Shown: in pieces, positions 28,835-40,625 of the stretch
How positions within the stretch are numbered: the first letter of the stretch is position 1
How the letters are laid out: each line of letters starts with the position of its first letter
Origin: Octopus vulgaris
Lineage: Eukaryota
DNA: 64,000 nt
Direction of reading: 5' to 3'
Assembly: GCA_951406725.2 (NCBI GenBank)
Contig: OX597817.1
Location: 23,498,001 to 23,562,000 of the forward strand
The notes under the pieces: model-generated
Database searches by the model: none
The model's input: only the letters and a program-made list of their open reading frames with translations
Told to the model about the DNA's origin: nothing
Position numbers and translations under genes: made by a program

Positions 28835-29815
28835 ATCTTGACAGAAAACACGAAAACTGTTGACTATGCATAGAATGCACCATCCTAAGGCAGATATAGA
28901 TCGACTTTATCTGCCAAGAAAAGAAGAAGGCCGTGGAATTTTACAACTGGCATTAACAATGAAGATTGCCACAATCGGCATAAACACCTGCCTGAAAAAC
29001 TCCGGGGGCTGGAGTTTTTGTTTCAAAACAAGAAAGCATCATACTCATTAACAAAACAGAGCAAGGAATATCTAAGTGAATTCTAAATATAATAACTTCC
29101 AGAATTAGACATTCTAGAAACAAGGGTACGAAAAGCAAAGAGCATGAAAACCGTGCTAAAACTGCTGCTTTAGATATTCTGAATGATAAATGGTAAGAAA
29201 AATCTCTCAATGGCAAATACCCAAAGAGAACGGATAATGCCGATGTTTACAAAGCAATGGCTAATGGCCTCTGGCTTAAAATCAGAAACAGAAGGGTTTA
29301 TCATAGCAGCCCAAGATCAATGCCTACCAACAAGAAACTACCAGGCCAACATATTAAAGAACGGCAGCTTCCCAACATGTCGAGTATGTCAGCAACGAAA
29401 TGAAACTATTGATCATGTTGTCTCCATGTGCAGTATTCTAGCGCCTACAGAATATCTCAAGAGGTATGATAGAGCTGCACAGTATATTCACTTGTTCATT
29501 TGCAGTAACCTGGATTTGCCCCATGATAAAAATTGGTGGCAACAGAAACCACTTACAGTGCTTGAAAATGGTCTGCCCATATCTTACGTAAAATACTGCC
29601 TATGTAATCTCAAATCTTAAACAAACACAATTTTCTTATGGTTTCTTAAACATTCTCCAGAATAACACTATGTACAAAACCAAATATATGGCACCCTAAA
29701 CATACTAGGAACATGAACTTCTAACTTGTTGTCCCTTTTTGTCTCTGGGTGAGACTTAGAGCCCACTTGTTGAAATGCAAAACGTAAGTTAAGCATAAAA
29801 TAAAAATAATAATGA
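28835..29815 (+). mobile_element. R4/Dong-clade non-LTR retrotransposon fragment (post-RT thumb, CCHC knuckle, 3' UTR)
   Basis: RKTRKLLTMHRMHHPKADIDRLYLPRKEEGRG; LKSETEGFIIAAQDQ; CRVCQQRNETIDHVVSMC; stops and frameshifts; ends in an A/AAT-rich tail. Confidence 0.88.
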
Positions 29816-29829
29816 TAACAACGACGACA

Positions 29830-29885
<56 letters not shown>

Positions 29886-29953
29886 AATGATGATAATGAC
29901 GACGATGATGATGACGACGACGACGACGATGATGATAATGATGATGGTGGTAG

Positions 29954-30001
<48 letters not shown>

Positions 30002-30030
30002 CGACGACGACAAAGACGACGATGATGGCG
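29810..30030. repeat. (GAT)n/(GAC)n microsatellite
   Basis: Directly visible. Confidence 0.97.
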
Positions 30031-30104
30031 GCGATATCCATTATGATGATCGTGAGAATATGGGGGAAGGGTGAATTGTGATAGAACAAGACGCGAAGAA
30101 GCTG

Positions 30105-30527
30105 AAAGTGAGGGGGAGGAAACAATGATGTAATGAGCTGGTGCGATCACCTGACCAGACATAGGAAACCGGACATTGTTGTGGTGGAGAAAAAAGAAAG
30201 AGTATGCATTGTTATCGACATAGCATGCTCCGGGGAAGACAGGATCAATTTGAAATAAGAAAAATTAAACAACTATGATGATTTAGAGTGGGAAATATGA
30301 AGGATGTTGTCAATGAAGAGAATAGACGTGATTGGTGCACTTGGAAGTATCAGCACTCAACTACCTACATGGCTGAAAAAGATCGGTGCAAGTGTCAAGG
30401 TACAACACTTACAAAAATCAGAGTTATTGATGCATGACCAGTAAACAGGTATCACCTTAGTCTGCTGGCTGTGGAAAACAGACACTTAACATCATACCCA
30501 GCAAAATAAGATGCCAGTGTTGATATC

Positions 30528-30599
<72 letters not shown>

Positions 30600-30610
30600 G
30601 TAATAATAAT
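30105..30610 (+). mobile_element. R4/Dong-clade fragment: restriction-like endonuclease and (TAA)n tail
   Basis: HRKPDIVVVEKKERVCIVIDIAC (RPD...D motif), then IGALGS and LQKS; (TAA)n at about 30528-30610. Confidence 0.82.
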
Positions 30611-30654
30611 GTGCACAGCTTATTCTATATGGTTGAGGTTGCATGCCCCTTTGA

Positions 30655-30942
30655 CGCACAAATACCCGGCTATGGAAAATGATGAAGATGAAGATAATGC
30701 CAATTATTGTTGGGTCCTTGGGCACAGTATCAGAAGACATCAAGAGGAATATCAAGGAAATTGGAATAGAGTGGTCAGTAGAACAGCTACAAAAGAATTG
30801 CCACCTTGGCACGGACAGAATAATCAGGAAAGTACTTGATAGCTGAAAAGAAAGAATAACATGGTGACGTAGGCTGCAGTTAGTAAGCTCACTATGTATG
30901 CAAGACTCCAGGGGCTCCAACAAAATCTGTGATAAAGAGAAA

Positions 30943-31010
<68 letters not shown>

Positions 31011-31012
31011 TA
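30655..31012 (+). mobile_element. R4/Dong-clade 3' fragment with (TAA)n tail
   Basis: WKMMKMKIMPIIVGSLGTVSEDIKRNIKEIG...LQKNCHLGTDRIIRKVLDS*, then (TAA)n. Confidence 0.8.
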
Positions 31013-31496
31013 AGGGCTACAGCAAATAAATGGGCTACAGCAAATATTCTGCTCAATGCCACAGATTTGCTTGTCAGTTGTTTGACCTTAACCAGTTGAG
31101 CATGTCCCTTAGTGGCTGACGATATGTGCATCTCTGATCACGAGCAGAAGTAGTGGGGGAGCATCATAGTCATGTGTTGAGAGGGATTCTTTGGGGTTTG
31201 AATAATTCACCTCTGGAAACATGGGTGGTTCTTTCAACATCCTTAAACAACCCTTATTCAGGGACCGCTTGAGCGGGATGGGCTACTCAACCTGAAGAAA
31301 ATTCTAACTGGGCCCCACCTGCAAGGTCATGTGCTGTTTATCTTGATATGAGATCACCATGTCGCGCACATATGGTTGTGATGCATGTGCCTGGTGTACC
31401 TTTATCAGACGGGTAGTCATGATGGGTATATTGGGCTTCGTATATTTTACCCCAGTGTCACTTTGATGGCATGCACTGCTCTCTCACTCAATAATG

Positions 31497-31576
<80 letters not shown>
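31013..31576 (+). mobile_element. Non-coding retro-repeat ending in (AAT)n (LINE 3' UTR or SINE)
   Basis: Clearly similar to 37640-38085; ends CTCTCACTC(AAT)n. Confidence 0.75.
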
Positions 31577-31577
<1 letters not shown>

Positions 31578-31579
31578 GA

Positions 31580-32000
31580 TATTGCTTCATATCTGGATGC
31601 ATGTATAATTGACAAAAAGTAAAAAAAGACTGAAAAGAATACACTAGTAAAAGACGAAATTGCAAGAATGTGGACTATGCAGAGAGTATCTGTGACCTTA
31701 GTAGCAGTATGGGCACTCGGAGAGTAACAGACATGTTCGAGAAATATGACAGAGAAATCGGAATTAAAATGAGAACCGAGAATGCTCAAAAAGCTGCTCT
31801 CTCGGAGACATCTAGGATTTTGAGATTGGTATTTGGTTGTTGAATGACTTAAACGATAATTAGCATCCAATTATCAAAGCTTATAATTTGCGAAAAGATA
31901 CCCTGTGATATCTCTAGCAGTAGGCTGATGTCCGCTCTCACAGAATCAAGCAGAGCATGCAAGAGCGAGCGCTCTAAGAAGTAAAACAACAGTAATAATA
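31580..32000 (+). mobile_element. Degraded R4/Dong endonuclease C-terminal fragment
   Basis: KDEIARMWTMQRVSVTLVAVWALG, later LKKLL-like remnant. Confidence 0.6.
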
Positions 32001-32379
32001 ATGGTTTCAAATTTTTGCACAAGGCCAATGTTTTTGAGGGATGGCGGTAAGTAAATTACTTCGACCCAAATGCTCAACCGGTAATTATTTTATCCACCTG
32101 GAAATAATGAAAGGCAAAGTCAACCCCGGTGGCATTTCAACTTACAACAGAAATGCGGACAGAATGCTGCTTGGCACTTTTACCTGGTGTGCTAACAATT
32201 CTGCCAGCTCATTGATAATAAAGGCCACAGGAGTGCAAGATTTTTGAGGAAGAATTTCAAAATACTTTGGCAAGTGCTGACTAATATTTTAAAAGAAAAC
32301 TTGTCCCATTAACTCACCGTAAACTGAATAACTAATGGTAAGAATCCATATGTTGTTTGGTGCTAAAATGGAAATTATT

Positions 32380-33391
32380 TACAAGTACGTTTGATAATAT
32401 CTGTGCATATTCAGAGTAATACATCATTAATGAACAGAAAGTATACTAGAGAAAATTCAAGAGGCACATGTATCCAACATTTAATCGCTAAACATTTATA
32501 AGAAACTGCAAAGAAAGCCATATCGTCAAGAAATATGTTGGATTGATTACCAAAACATCACTTTCCTCTACTCTTTAAATTTTAAGGCCTTCAGCTTGTT
32601 CAGATTTGCAAATAACACTACTGCGCAGATAAATGTAAGGATGTGGAATTGAGAATCAAAGGAAATAATATGAAGCCACTCGGCAAAGTCAAAACAGATC
32701 ATAATATTACTCAAGGCTATTGTTATTGTTGTTTTTCGATAGCCTATTACCCTTGCTAGTTGCTAATACTCTAATTTCACTCTCCTTAGAGATAAGAAAT
32801 GAAAATGTTGGACATATTCTGGGAAATGATCAAGGGGTAGTTGGAAATTTGCCATTCATGGATGAGTTAGTGCCACATGGTAAGATGCGGAGCGAATTGG
32901 ATAAATTTCTCTGTGATGTGCGAGTGTTTGGAAATGACATCAGAATGGAATTTGGTATTTCTGTGAGATCCGTGTGATGAACAAAGAGAATTACCGTAAA
33001 ATTGGCGGAGTAAATCTATCAAACGAAGATTAAAGAGACTGATAGAGAAAATGGCTATAAATATCTGGTATGTGGGAAGCTTTTGATGTAAAAGACAGAA
33101 CAAATGAAATCAAATTCAGGGGAGGATATTTCTGAAAATTTAGCAGGATATGAAAACACGAAGCCAATGGCATAAAGATCTCTACTGCCTTAAACCCTAG
33201 AGTAGCATACATCATTAGACACAGAACTGTAATAATTGACTGAACAAGAAAGAACTCAAGAAAGTAGATAGAAAAAGAAAAGAAATTGCAGACAATTCAT
33301 AGTACTTGGGGCCATGGGCAAACATTGATAAATTGTATTGCAGCAGAAAGGATGAGGAAAACAGGCAGATAAGTGTAGAAGACTTGTGAAA

Positions 33392-33454
<63 letters not shown>

Positions 33455-33960
33455 GAGAGAGAGAGACAGAGACAGAGAGATAATCTATGATGTACATTGC
33501 CGACAGTGATGAGGTGCCTTTGATAGTAGTTGGAAGAATCATTGTGTTAACTGAAAGAAAGGAGAATGTGAAATTCTCCGAACCGAATACATTACTAAAG
33601 AAACTTTATGCGGGCAGTTTTTGAAAATATTGAGGGAAATCGAGAACAAAAGACATTAATGTCTAAAGACAAGAATATTAAAGGAAGAGACAGCCACAGG
33701 TACATATCAGACAATATATTTTTTTAATTTGGACAAAATACATCTGAAAGAATATAGATAAAGTAGACATCTCCGTTACGAGTACAAATGCGTTATGAGC
33801 AAGAGAGAGTTACTTATGCAGTTTCTGTACGTAAGTGCTTCATAAGTATTAGATTTTACAAGGACTGGAAATGTTGCAAAGTTACTACATACGAACAAAG
33901 CCGAATTAGTAAAATAGTTAGAACTAAACGTGGAAAAATAGCATAATTGCAAAACCGAGC
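32380..33960 (+). mobile_element. Heavily degraded R4/Dong RT-to-knuckle remnant
   Basis: Scattered motifs WIDYQ, FMDE, DIRMEFGI, GYKYL in collinear order; interrupted by (GA)n. Confidence 0.55.
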
Positions 33961-34167
33961 ATCCTTGAAAATGAACATGCAAATGTTGTATGGCCATTCA
34001 AAAGGAAAGAAAGATATAAATTCCCGGCTACATGCAGCCGCACTGAAAGAATATCATTATGCATAATTGAAAATATTTGCCCACGAATGCACGGACCTGA
34101 AATAATGGTTCTACAAAAAAGTGTGTTCGGTTGACACTGCAAGAAATATAAGGTGCTAGATATTTGA

Positions 34168-34188
34168 GTATTAGTAGTAGTAGTTGTT

Positions 34189-34276
<88 letters not shown>

Positions 34277-34448
34277 CAGCAGCAGCAGTAGTAGTAGTAG
34301 TAGGTGGAGGAGGAGGAGGAGGAAGAGGAGGGAGGAGGGAGGAGGAGGATTTGACGCAGCAGCAGTAGCAGTAGCAGCAGTACCAACAACGGCAGTAGCA
34401 GAAGCAGCAACAACAGCAGCAGCAGCAAAAATAGCAACAGCAGCAGTT

Positions 34449-34479
<31 letters not shown>

Positions 34480-34502
34480 CAGTAGTAGTAGCAGTAGTGT
34501 AG
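34168..34502. repeat. Compound (TAG)n/(CAG)n/(GGA)n microsatellite
   Basis: Directly visible. Confidence 0.96.
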
Positions 34503-34534
34503 TGAGAACAACAATATTGAAACAATAATAATGA

Positions 34535-35745
34535 TTTTTTTTTTATTGGTCACAAGGGCCCAAGACACGGAGGACGATGTTGAAGGACGAGTTACAGCTC
34601 ACAAAAATAACATAAAACAAAAATTACAAAACATGTGAGGTTAACATCAATCAAGGGGCGATACTACCACATTAAAGGATATAACAGAGGATAAATAATA
34701 GAAAACAAAGATATAAATAATAAATTAATAAATAAATAAATAAATAAATGAATAGAATCCTCAATAGCGGGACGGTTCACCTTGGGTTAATTCGGGGTAA
34801 ACCTCACAAAAAAGCCCCGGTTAACTCTGCCATCCCCAAGGCATGGGAAAGTACCCTCTTCCAGTTTCTTCTCTCCTCCTTAGAAAAGCATATTTATAAT
34901 TGGTCCATTCAGTCTCATAAGTCTTGCCACAGTCGACTACCTTTTTGATAAACACTAGAAGGCAGCACCTTCCTCTCCAGACTCACCTTTCTCTTCAAAT
35001 GATATTTGAAAAAAATGATGAGTGTTTGGTCAGATAGAAAACTGCCTGTTTTGAAACCTTTTAGATGGGTTTACCACACAATCTCTCTTACCACAGCCAC
35101 TAAGCAGAGAAAGATCTGTCTTCTTTCTCTGCTAGGGGATGGTGCTGCGTCACTCTTCACTATACACTCGGCACACAGCTGAATTCGTCTTACAAGCGAC
35201 AACAGCTGTTCAACACAATCCCACAACCCTCTCATGCACGAACAGTGAATTTTTGCATACAGGATGGTTTCGTCCGCTACAAGCACCTCGGACAGGTTCG
35301 GCTGTTGACATTTCCATGCCTGGAGAGCTTTCTCGGACAGACAATCCCCCTCTGCAGCTTTACCATGCCAAATACTTTTGAAAAAATTTACGTAATCTTC
35401 AACCCGAAGGTCCTCCGGAAGAGACTACTCGGACTGTTCGCGTCGATACCTAACTTCAATTCTAGGCCATTGTCACTCATACCTTCAACTAGGCCCCAAT
35501 AGAAATCTTAGTTTGTTTTTGCGCTAACGGTTTTATGCAGTTGTTATAATGAAGTGAGGACCTGGTAAAATTCTAGATGCCACACCACTTCACCCTTAGT
35601 TTCCTCGAAGTCGTCCACATTATCGCATTGATTTAGATATTTCTGTAGGTGCAACAGCCTCCCAAGACCACCACGATGTGGGTGAAGAATTTGAAGTGGG
35701 AAATACGCAGGCTGTGGGCAATGAAGAGAGCGGACGTGATACCAG
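34535..35745 (-). mobile_element. Tx1/L1-clade LINE 3' fragment (zf-RVT region plus 3' UTR)
   Basis: Minus strand CPRC...DETILYAKIHC...LW...IFLCLVAVVREIVW; T-run at 34535-34544 is a poly(A)-like tail on the minus strand. Confidence 0.7.
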
Positions 35746-35877
35746 TTTTAATTTGTGCGTTTGAAAGTATCATCACTCAAATATGAACATGGCTCAAAAA
35801 AGATTGATACAAATGTAAAGACAGAACACCTACAAAAACTATCGTTTGGAACTGCAAAATACGCTGTGAGATTTAAT

Positions 35878-35928
<51 letters not shown>

Positions 35929-35934
35929 TTACTA

Positions 35935-36545
35935 CTACTGACCTTGGTACTTAGGAAAATGAACATTGGGTACGAACTAAGGGAAAAAATCCCAAACAAT
36001 CAACCACCTGCTCTTCATGGATGATTTGAAACTGTATTGCAAGGATGAGATACAATTGAGTTCCTTCGTAAACACGGTCCCCTGCTTTAGTACTGATATT
36101 GCAATGGAACTTCGACTCAAGAATAATCTACCTAAAAGGAGACAATGCACAGTCCTTAGCAGGGATAGAATTACCGGATTGAGACTTGATTAAACAAATT
36201 GAAACGGAAGGATACAAATACCTTGGTGTACTAGAGTTCAACAAGATAATGGAAAAGGAAATGAAAGAGCTACTGAGGGTGGAGTATTTATGAAGATTAA
36301 CGTTGGTGCTGCGCTCAAAATTGATTGGATGGAATAAAATCCAAGCAGTTAATACGTGGGCGATGGCATCACATCGGTATAGAACGGGAATTATAAAATG
36401 ACAAGAGAGAAAAGTGATGATAATGGATATCAAGACCAGAAAAAGTTTGACAGTACACGGAACCTTCCAGCCTAAGAGTGACAAGCTATATTTGTCCAGA
36501 AGAAAGGGTGGTAGAGGTTTGATCAGTTGCCAGGGCTTTATCATT
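35935..36545 (+). mobile_element. R4/Dong-clade reverse transcriptase core fragment
   Basis: HLLFMDDLKLYCK (YxDD motif), GYKYLGV, NKIQAVNTWA, MDIKTRK, LYLSRRKGGRGLI. Confidence 0.88.
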
Positions 36546-36559
36546 AACGAGAATACTAA

Positions 36560-37432
36560 AAATAAACCAGACCGCTCTCAATAATCAAGTCAAATTAGCA
36601 GGAAAATGATCCAGAAAACTTGTCCGGTACCTGATCGATCCTAATATTTATTTTGGAATTCAAAGGTGGGTGTAATGCTGTGTGTGTCGTCTGCAGTGGC
36701 AACGGGGACAGTTTTCTCTATGAAGGCCTATCTACCCACTGATAAAATATCTTTAGGACCATTAAGGTCTATTGTGAAAAATTTATCCGTGCGTGAAAGA
36801 AAACGGAAAGGGCCTGCATACAGTGCCGTTAACGGAAGTCTAACAACATCGTTGCACACAGAAACGTCAGTCCAAGAAGTAAAGCTTCCTTCAAGGCAGA
36901 ACTAGAAATGTAATTGTCAAGTAGGTAAGAGGTTTTAAATAGGAGCGATATGTTCAGAATTGGTAAAACTAAAAATTGTTAAAATAAATTAAATCTATTA
37001 TTGTTACTGAATATATTAGCGTTATTGAATTTCCGAAGTTTTGCTGCTGTTTGTCTATGTAGTTTGTTTTCTTTATCCATCAATTTCTACTAAGATAGAC
37101 ACGCGAGTAAAATTAATAATAGATAAAGGAGAATAAATCTTTGTAAACAGCAACACTGCTTTCAAGGAAGATAATAAGATAATCAGAGAAAGATTTGAAA
37201 GTGAAAGTAAGGTCATAATACTTCATGTAAAGTAATGTAAATAACACAGAATCTTTTTCCGGTACCGGATCGATCCCAAAATTTAATCATCTCGTGCCAG
37301 TCACAAGGCCAAATATCTCAGAAAGTTATCCAAATCCATCGAGCGGTTCTTGAGATACCATGCCCTCAGACAAACAAAGAAAGAAACACGACTGAAACAA
37401 TACCTCCGCCTTCGCCAGGGCAGAGGTAATAA
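36560..37432 (-). mobile_element. Helentron-associated (HINE/DINE-1-like) non-autonomous element
   Basis: Minus strand starts TTATTACCTCTGCCCTGGCGAAGGCGGAGGTATTG (subterminal inverted repeat), then a GTTT/CTTT microsatellite and ATCTCAAGAACCGCTCGATGGATTTGGAT; internal repeat TCCGGTACC(T/G)GATCGATCC near 36623 and 37258. Confidence 0.6.
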
Positions 37433-38085
37433 TGATGTAGTACCAGACAGTGGTTCTCATGGATTCTGATCTTATCTGATTGGAAGTATTATGATGTACT
37501 TTGTTTGTCTTGGTATAAAAGATGATCTACAGCAAATATTCTGCTTTGCCCTGATGTAGTACCAGGCAGTGTCTCCTATGAGTTTTAATCTTAACTGATT
37601 GGAAGTGTTATCGTGTACATTGTTTTGTCCTGATATAAAAGGTGGGCTACAGTATATATTCTACTCAATACCACATATTTGCTTGTCAGTTGTTTGACCT
37701 TAACCGGTTGAGCATGTTCCTGAGCAGAAGTTGTAAGGGAGCATCATAGCCATATGTTGAGAGATTTTCTTTGGGGCTTGGATAATTCACATCTAGAAAC
37801 ATGGGTGCTTCGTTCAACGTCCGTAAACAACCTTTATTCACGGGGTCTTCTGAGCTGGATGGGCTCCTCAACCTGAAGGAAATTCTAACTGGGCTCCACC
37901 TGCAAGTTCATGCGCTGTTTATCTTGATATAAGATCACCATGTCGTGCACATATGGTTGTGATGCATATCTCTGGTGTACCCTTATCGGACGGGTGGTCA
38001 TGATTCGTATTTGGGGTTTCGTATATTTTACCCTTGTGTCACTTTGATTGCATGCACTGTTCTCTCACTCAATATTAATAATAAT
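37433..38085 (+). mobile_element. Second, longer copy of the (AAT)n-tailed retro-repeat with a ~120-bp tandem duplication at its 5' end
   Basis: TGATGTAGTACCAG(A/G)CAGTG near 37433 and 37552; remainder matches 31030-31490. Confidence 0.72.
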
Positions 38086-38089
38086 ATAA

Positions 38090-39635
38090 ATATACAAGAA
38101 TGAATGATACAGAACCTATTCATAAACTCCCAAATACAAACTAAAAGAAAAGCAAGTCAAAATTGTCAACTATGTAACAAAAGAATTCATACAAGAATTA
38201 AAACCTGATCTTAATGAGTTAAGATCTGCTAAGGCAATTGAAACCAGTTATACGCCTCCGAAAAAAGAAAGAAATACAAATCGGGGAAGAATTCCACCTG
38301 GAGAAGTACAATTGAAAAATATATTGAATTAATGAGAGTGGAAATATGAACATTTAATAATCCAATCTGTGGATGTTATGTAAGATCCAGGAAATGAAGA
38401 AACAAGTTGAGAAAATAAGGATTCTCACGAAGAAATCTAATTCAATAAAAGAAACACTAGAACAAAATGCCCAAGTAAAAGCTAAAGGAATATGAAGATT
38501 TGAAATGAGAAACAAGTTTTACAAGCAAAACTTTCTACTGAGAGACAGGGAAGAAGAAACTGACCATTGAAGCTACCCCTCCCCTGGTACAATTTGAAAA
38601 TTTGAATTGAGATTCGGAGCGATGAGAAGACGTACAATGAAAATGCACATTGGTTTGGACGGAAAGAAAGTTCTCAACAAAATTTACAAAAACAAGCATG
38701 GGAAGGCAGGCCTAAGGTTGATACACACAAATGTTCATAAATGGAAATCCCCTTGTAAATATGGAATGCTTTCATTGCTCCCGTGCACACACAAGTGTTC
38801 AATGAAATTATAAGAGACCCTAAGGAAACACCTTCCACGTTATCAGTTAGTGTTACTTATTTATTCCGAAAGAAAAATGAAACAAGTACTTGTTAATCAA
38901 CTCCTTATAAATTTATAACAACTCTCCTTGGCGAAAAACATATATGCATTATTGGAACAGAACAATATTATCTCCAATGCGGTGCTGTCGAGGCACATAT
39001 GGATGTAACGATGGATCCCTTGTGAGTCATAGAAATTACAGAACCGGATTAATACATTACGAAAAGGCCTTTGACAGTATACCACACTCATGGATTTTGA
39101 AATCGCTGGATATCTTCAAAATGTCTCTAGCTTCAAACAATACAAACTTCAGTTGTAGTAGTTTCCAGGGTGTCTCATTTTAACCACTGATATTTTGCTT
39201 AGCTCTAATACCCTTTATAAGTGAGTTCAAATGAAGGTATTTGTGTAAAATTGACAATAACAAAATCAGCTATCTCTTTTAAATGGATAACTTAGAACTA
39301 TGGCAAAAATAATGAGCATGACGGCCTATTAGGGAGGGTGAAAGCATTTAGTGGTAACATTGGGTGGGGTTTGGCTTTGGTAAACATGCCAATGCCACCT
39401 TCCAGGAAGAGAATTTGAAGACATCACCTTCAGTGGTGTTAGATGTTGACATAGATATAAAAGCACTTGAGCAGGGACAAACTTACAAATACCAAGGAAT
39501 AAATGGAGGCTCTGGCATTCCGCATGTAAGCATAAAAGATAGTATCGGGCAGGGACGCTAAACAAGAGTTCGAACGGTCCTGAAATCTGAGCTAAGTTCA
39601 TAATATAAGGTGTTAGCCATACATTCATTAGCAGA
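38090..39635 (+). mobile_element. Degraded R4/Dong ORF (N-terminal region to RT)
   Basis: HKWKSP, IHYEKAFDSIPHSWILKSLDIFK, FQGVS...PLIFCLALIP, LGFGFGKHA, QTYKYQGI motifs. Confidence 0.78.
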
Positions 39636-39859
39636 TATTATATTTGAAGAGTAAATATATCAAAGTATTTCAAAATTATCCTGAATTGGTTCAAGGAAAC
39701 ATCAAGGTGTCTTAGTTTGCTGCGTGTTTGCTTAAGAGTTCGTGTGTTGAGTATATACGCTGTTTTCCGTAAATCTCATTTGACAAAGACGTAGTAGAGT
39801 TACTGCTTGACTCTTTATGAATGACTTTTCCTTGTCTCGCTTTGTCATTGCACTAAAAC

Positions 39860-40625
39860 CTTGTGATTAGTAACCATACTAACACTATACATAACGTTAG
39901 AATGGAAAAAAAAATTCTTTCAGACCATGACATGATCCTCTGTAACCTGCGATTCCAGCCGAAAGGTAACCCTAGTGACCCCTTTCCAGCCCACCTGTTT
40001 GATAACATGGATCTCTATAACACCGACTGGGTTGCAATCATGAATGAGCTATCACATGTTGACTGTTCTTTCACACATGTACGCATCTCCTCCACCAGCA
40101 AAATATGTTGGCAAATCTTTTTAGACACTGTCACAAACATATGTGCAAAACACACCCCACCACGACCTGTGAACAAAACTAAATACTGAATATCCCAAAA
40201 TAGAAAAAAACTATTGTCAGAAAAATAAAAAAGAACAACCAAAAACAATTAACAAACTAAAATACTCCCAACAATCACACATATATTCGACGGGTATCAC
40301 CCTATTTGAACTTGAATTTAAAAAATGTAACCTCCAGCAATACATGAAGACCATCATCAATAACCAAAGAATAGCTGAGGAGAAATGGGCCGTTGAGAAA
40401 ATCAAACTCAACTCCAAAGTGTTCGCTTTTGCGAAAAAATACAAGGTTACTATTTCTACTGTTGGTCCCCAAATTGATGAAAATTGCAATTTCCAAGATA
40501 ATGCCAAAACCGTGAGAGAGATCCTGCAGAAACAGTACTGTTCTGTTTTCAATAATCTTGATATGGCTGATCTGGCCTGTATCAGTGATGTTAATCCATA
40601 ACATACTATATCGGACATCACCCCT
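39860..40625 (+). mobile_element. CR1/L2/Jockey-group LINE ORF2 fragment (end of APE domain and linker)
   Basis: ILSDHDMILCNL, TDWVAIMNELSHVD, KIKLNSKVFAFAK, EILQKQYCSVF. Confidence 0.72.

Noticed and set aside
29183-29620. 145-aa ORF as a host gene
   Set aside because: Part of a disrupted R4/Dong retrotransposon ORF.
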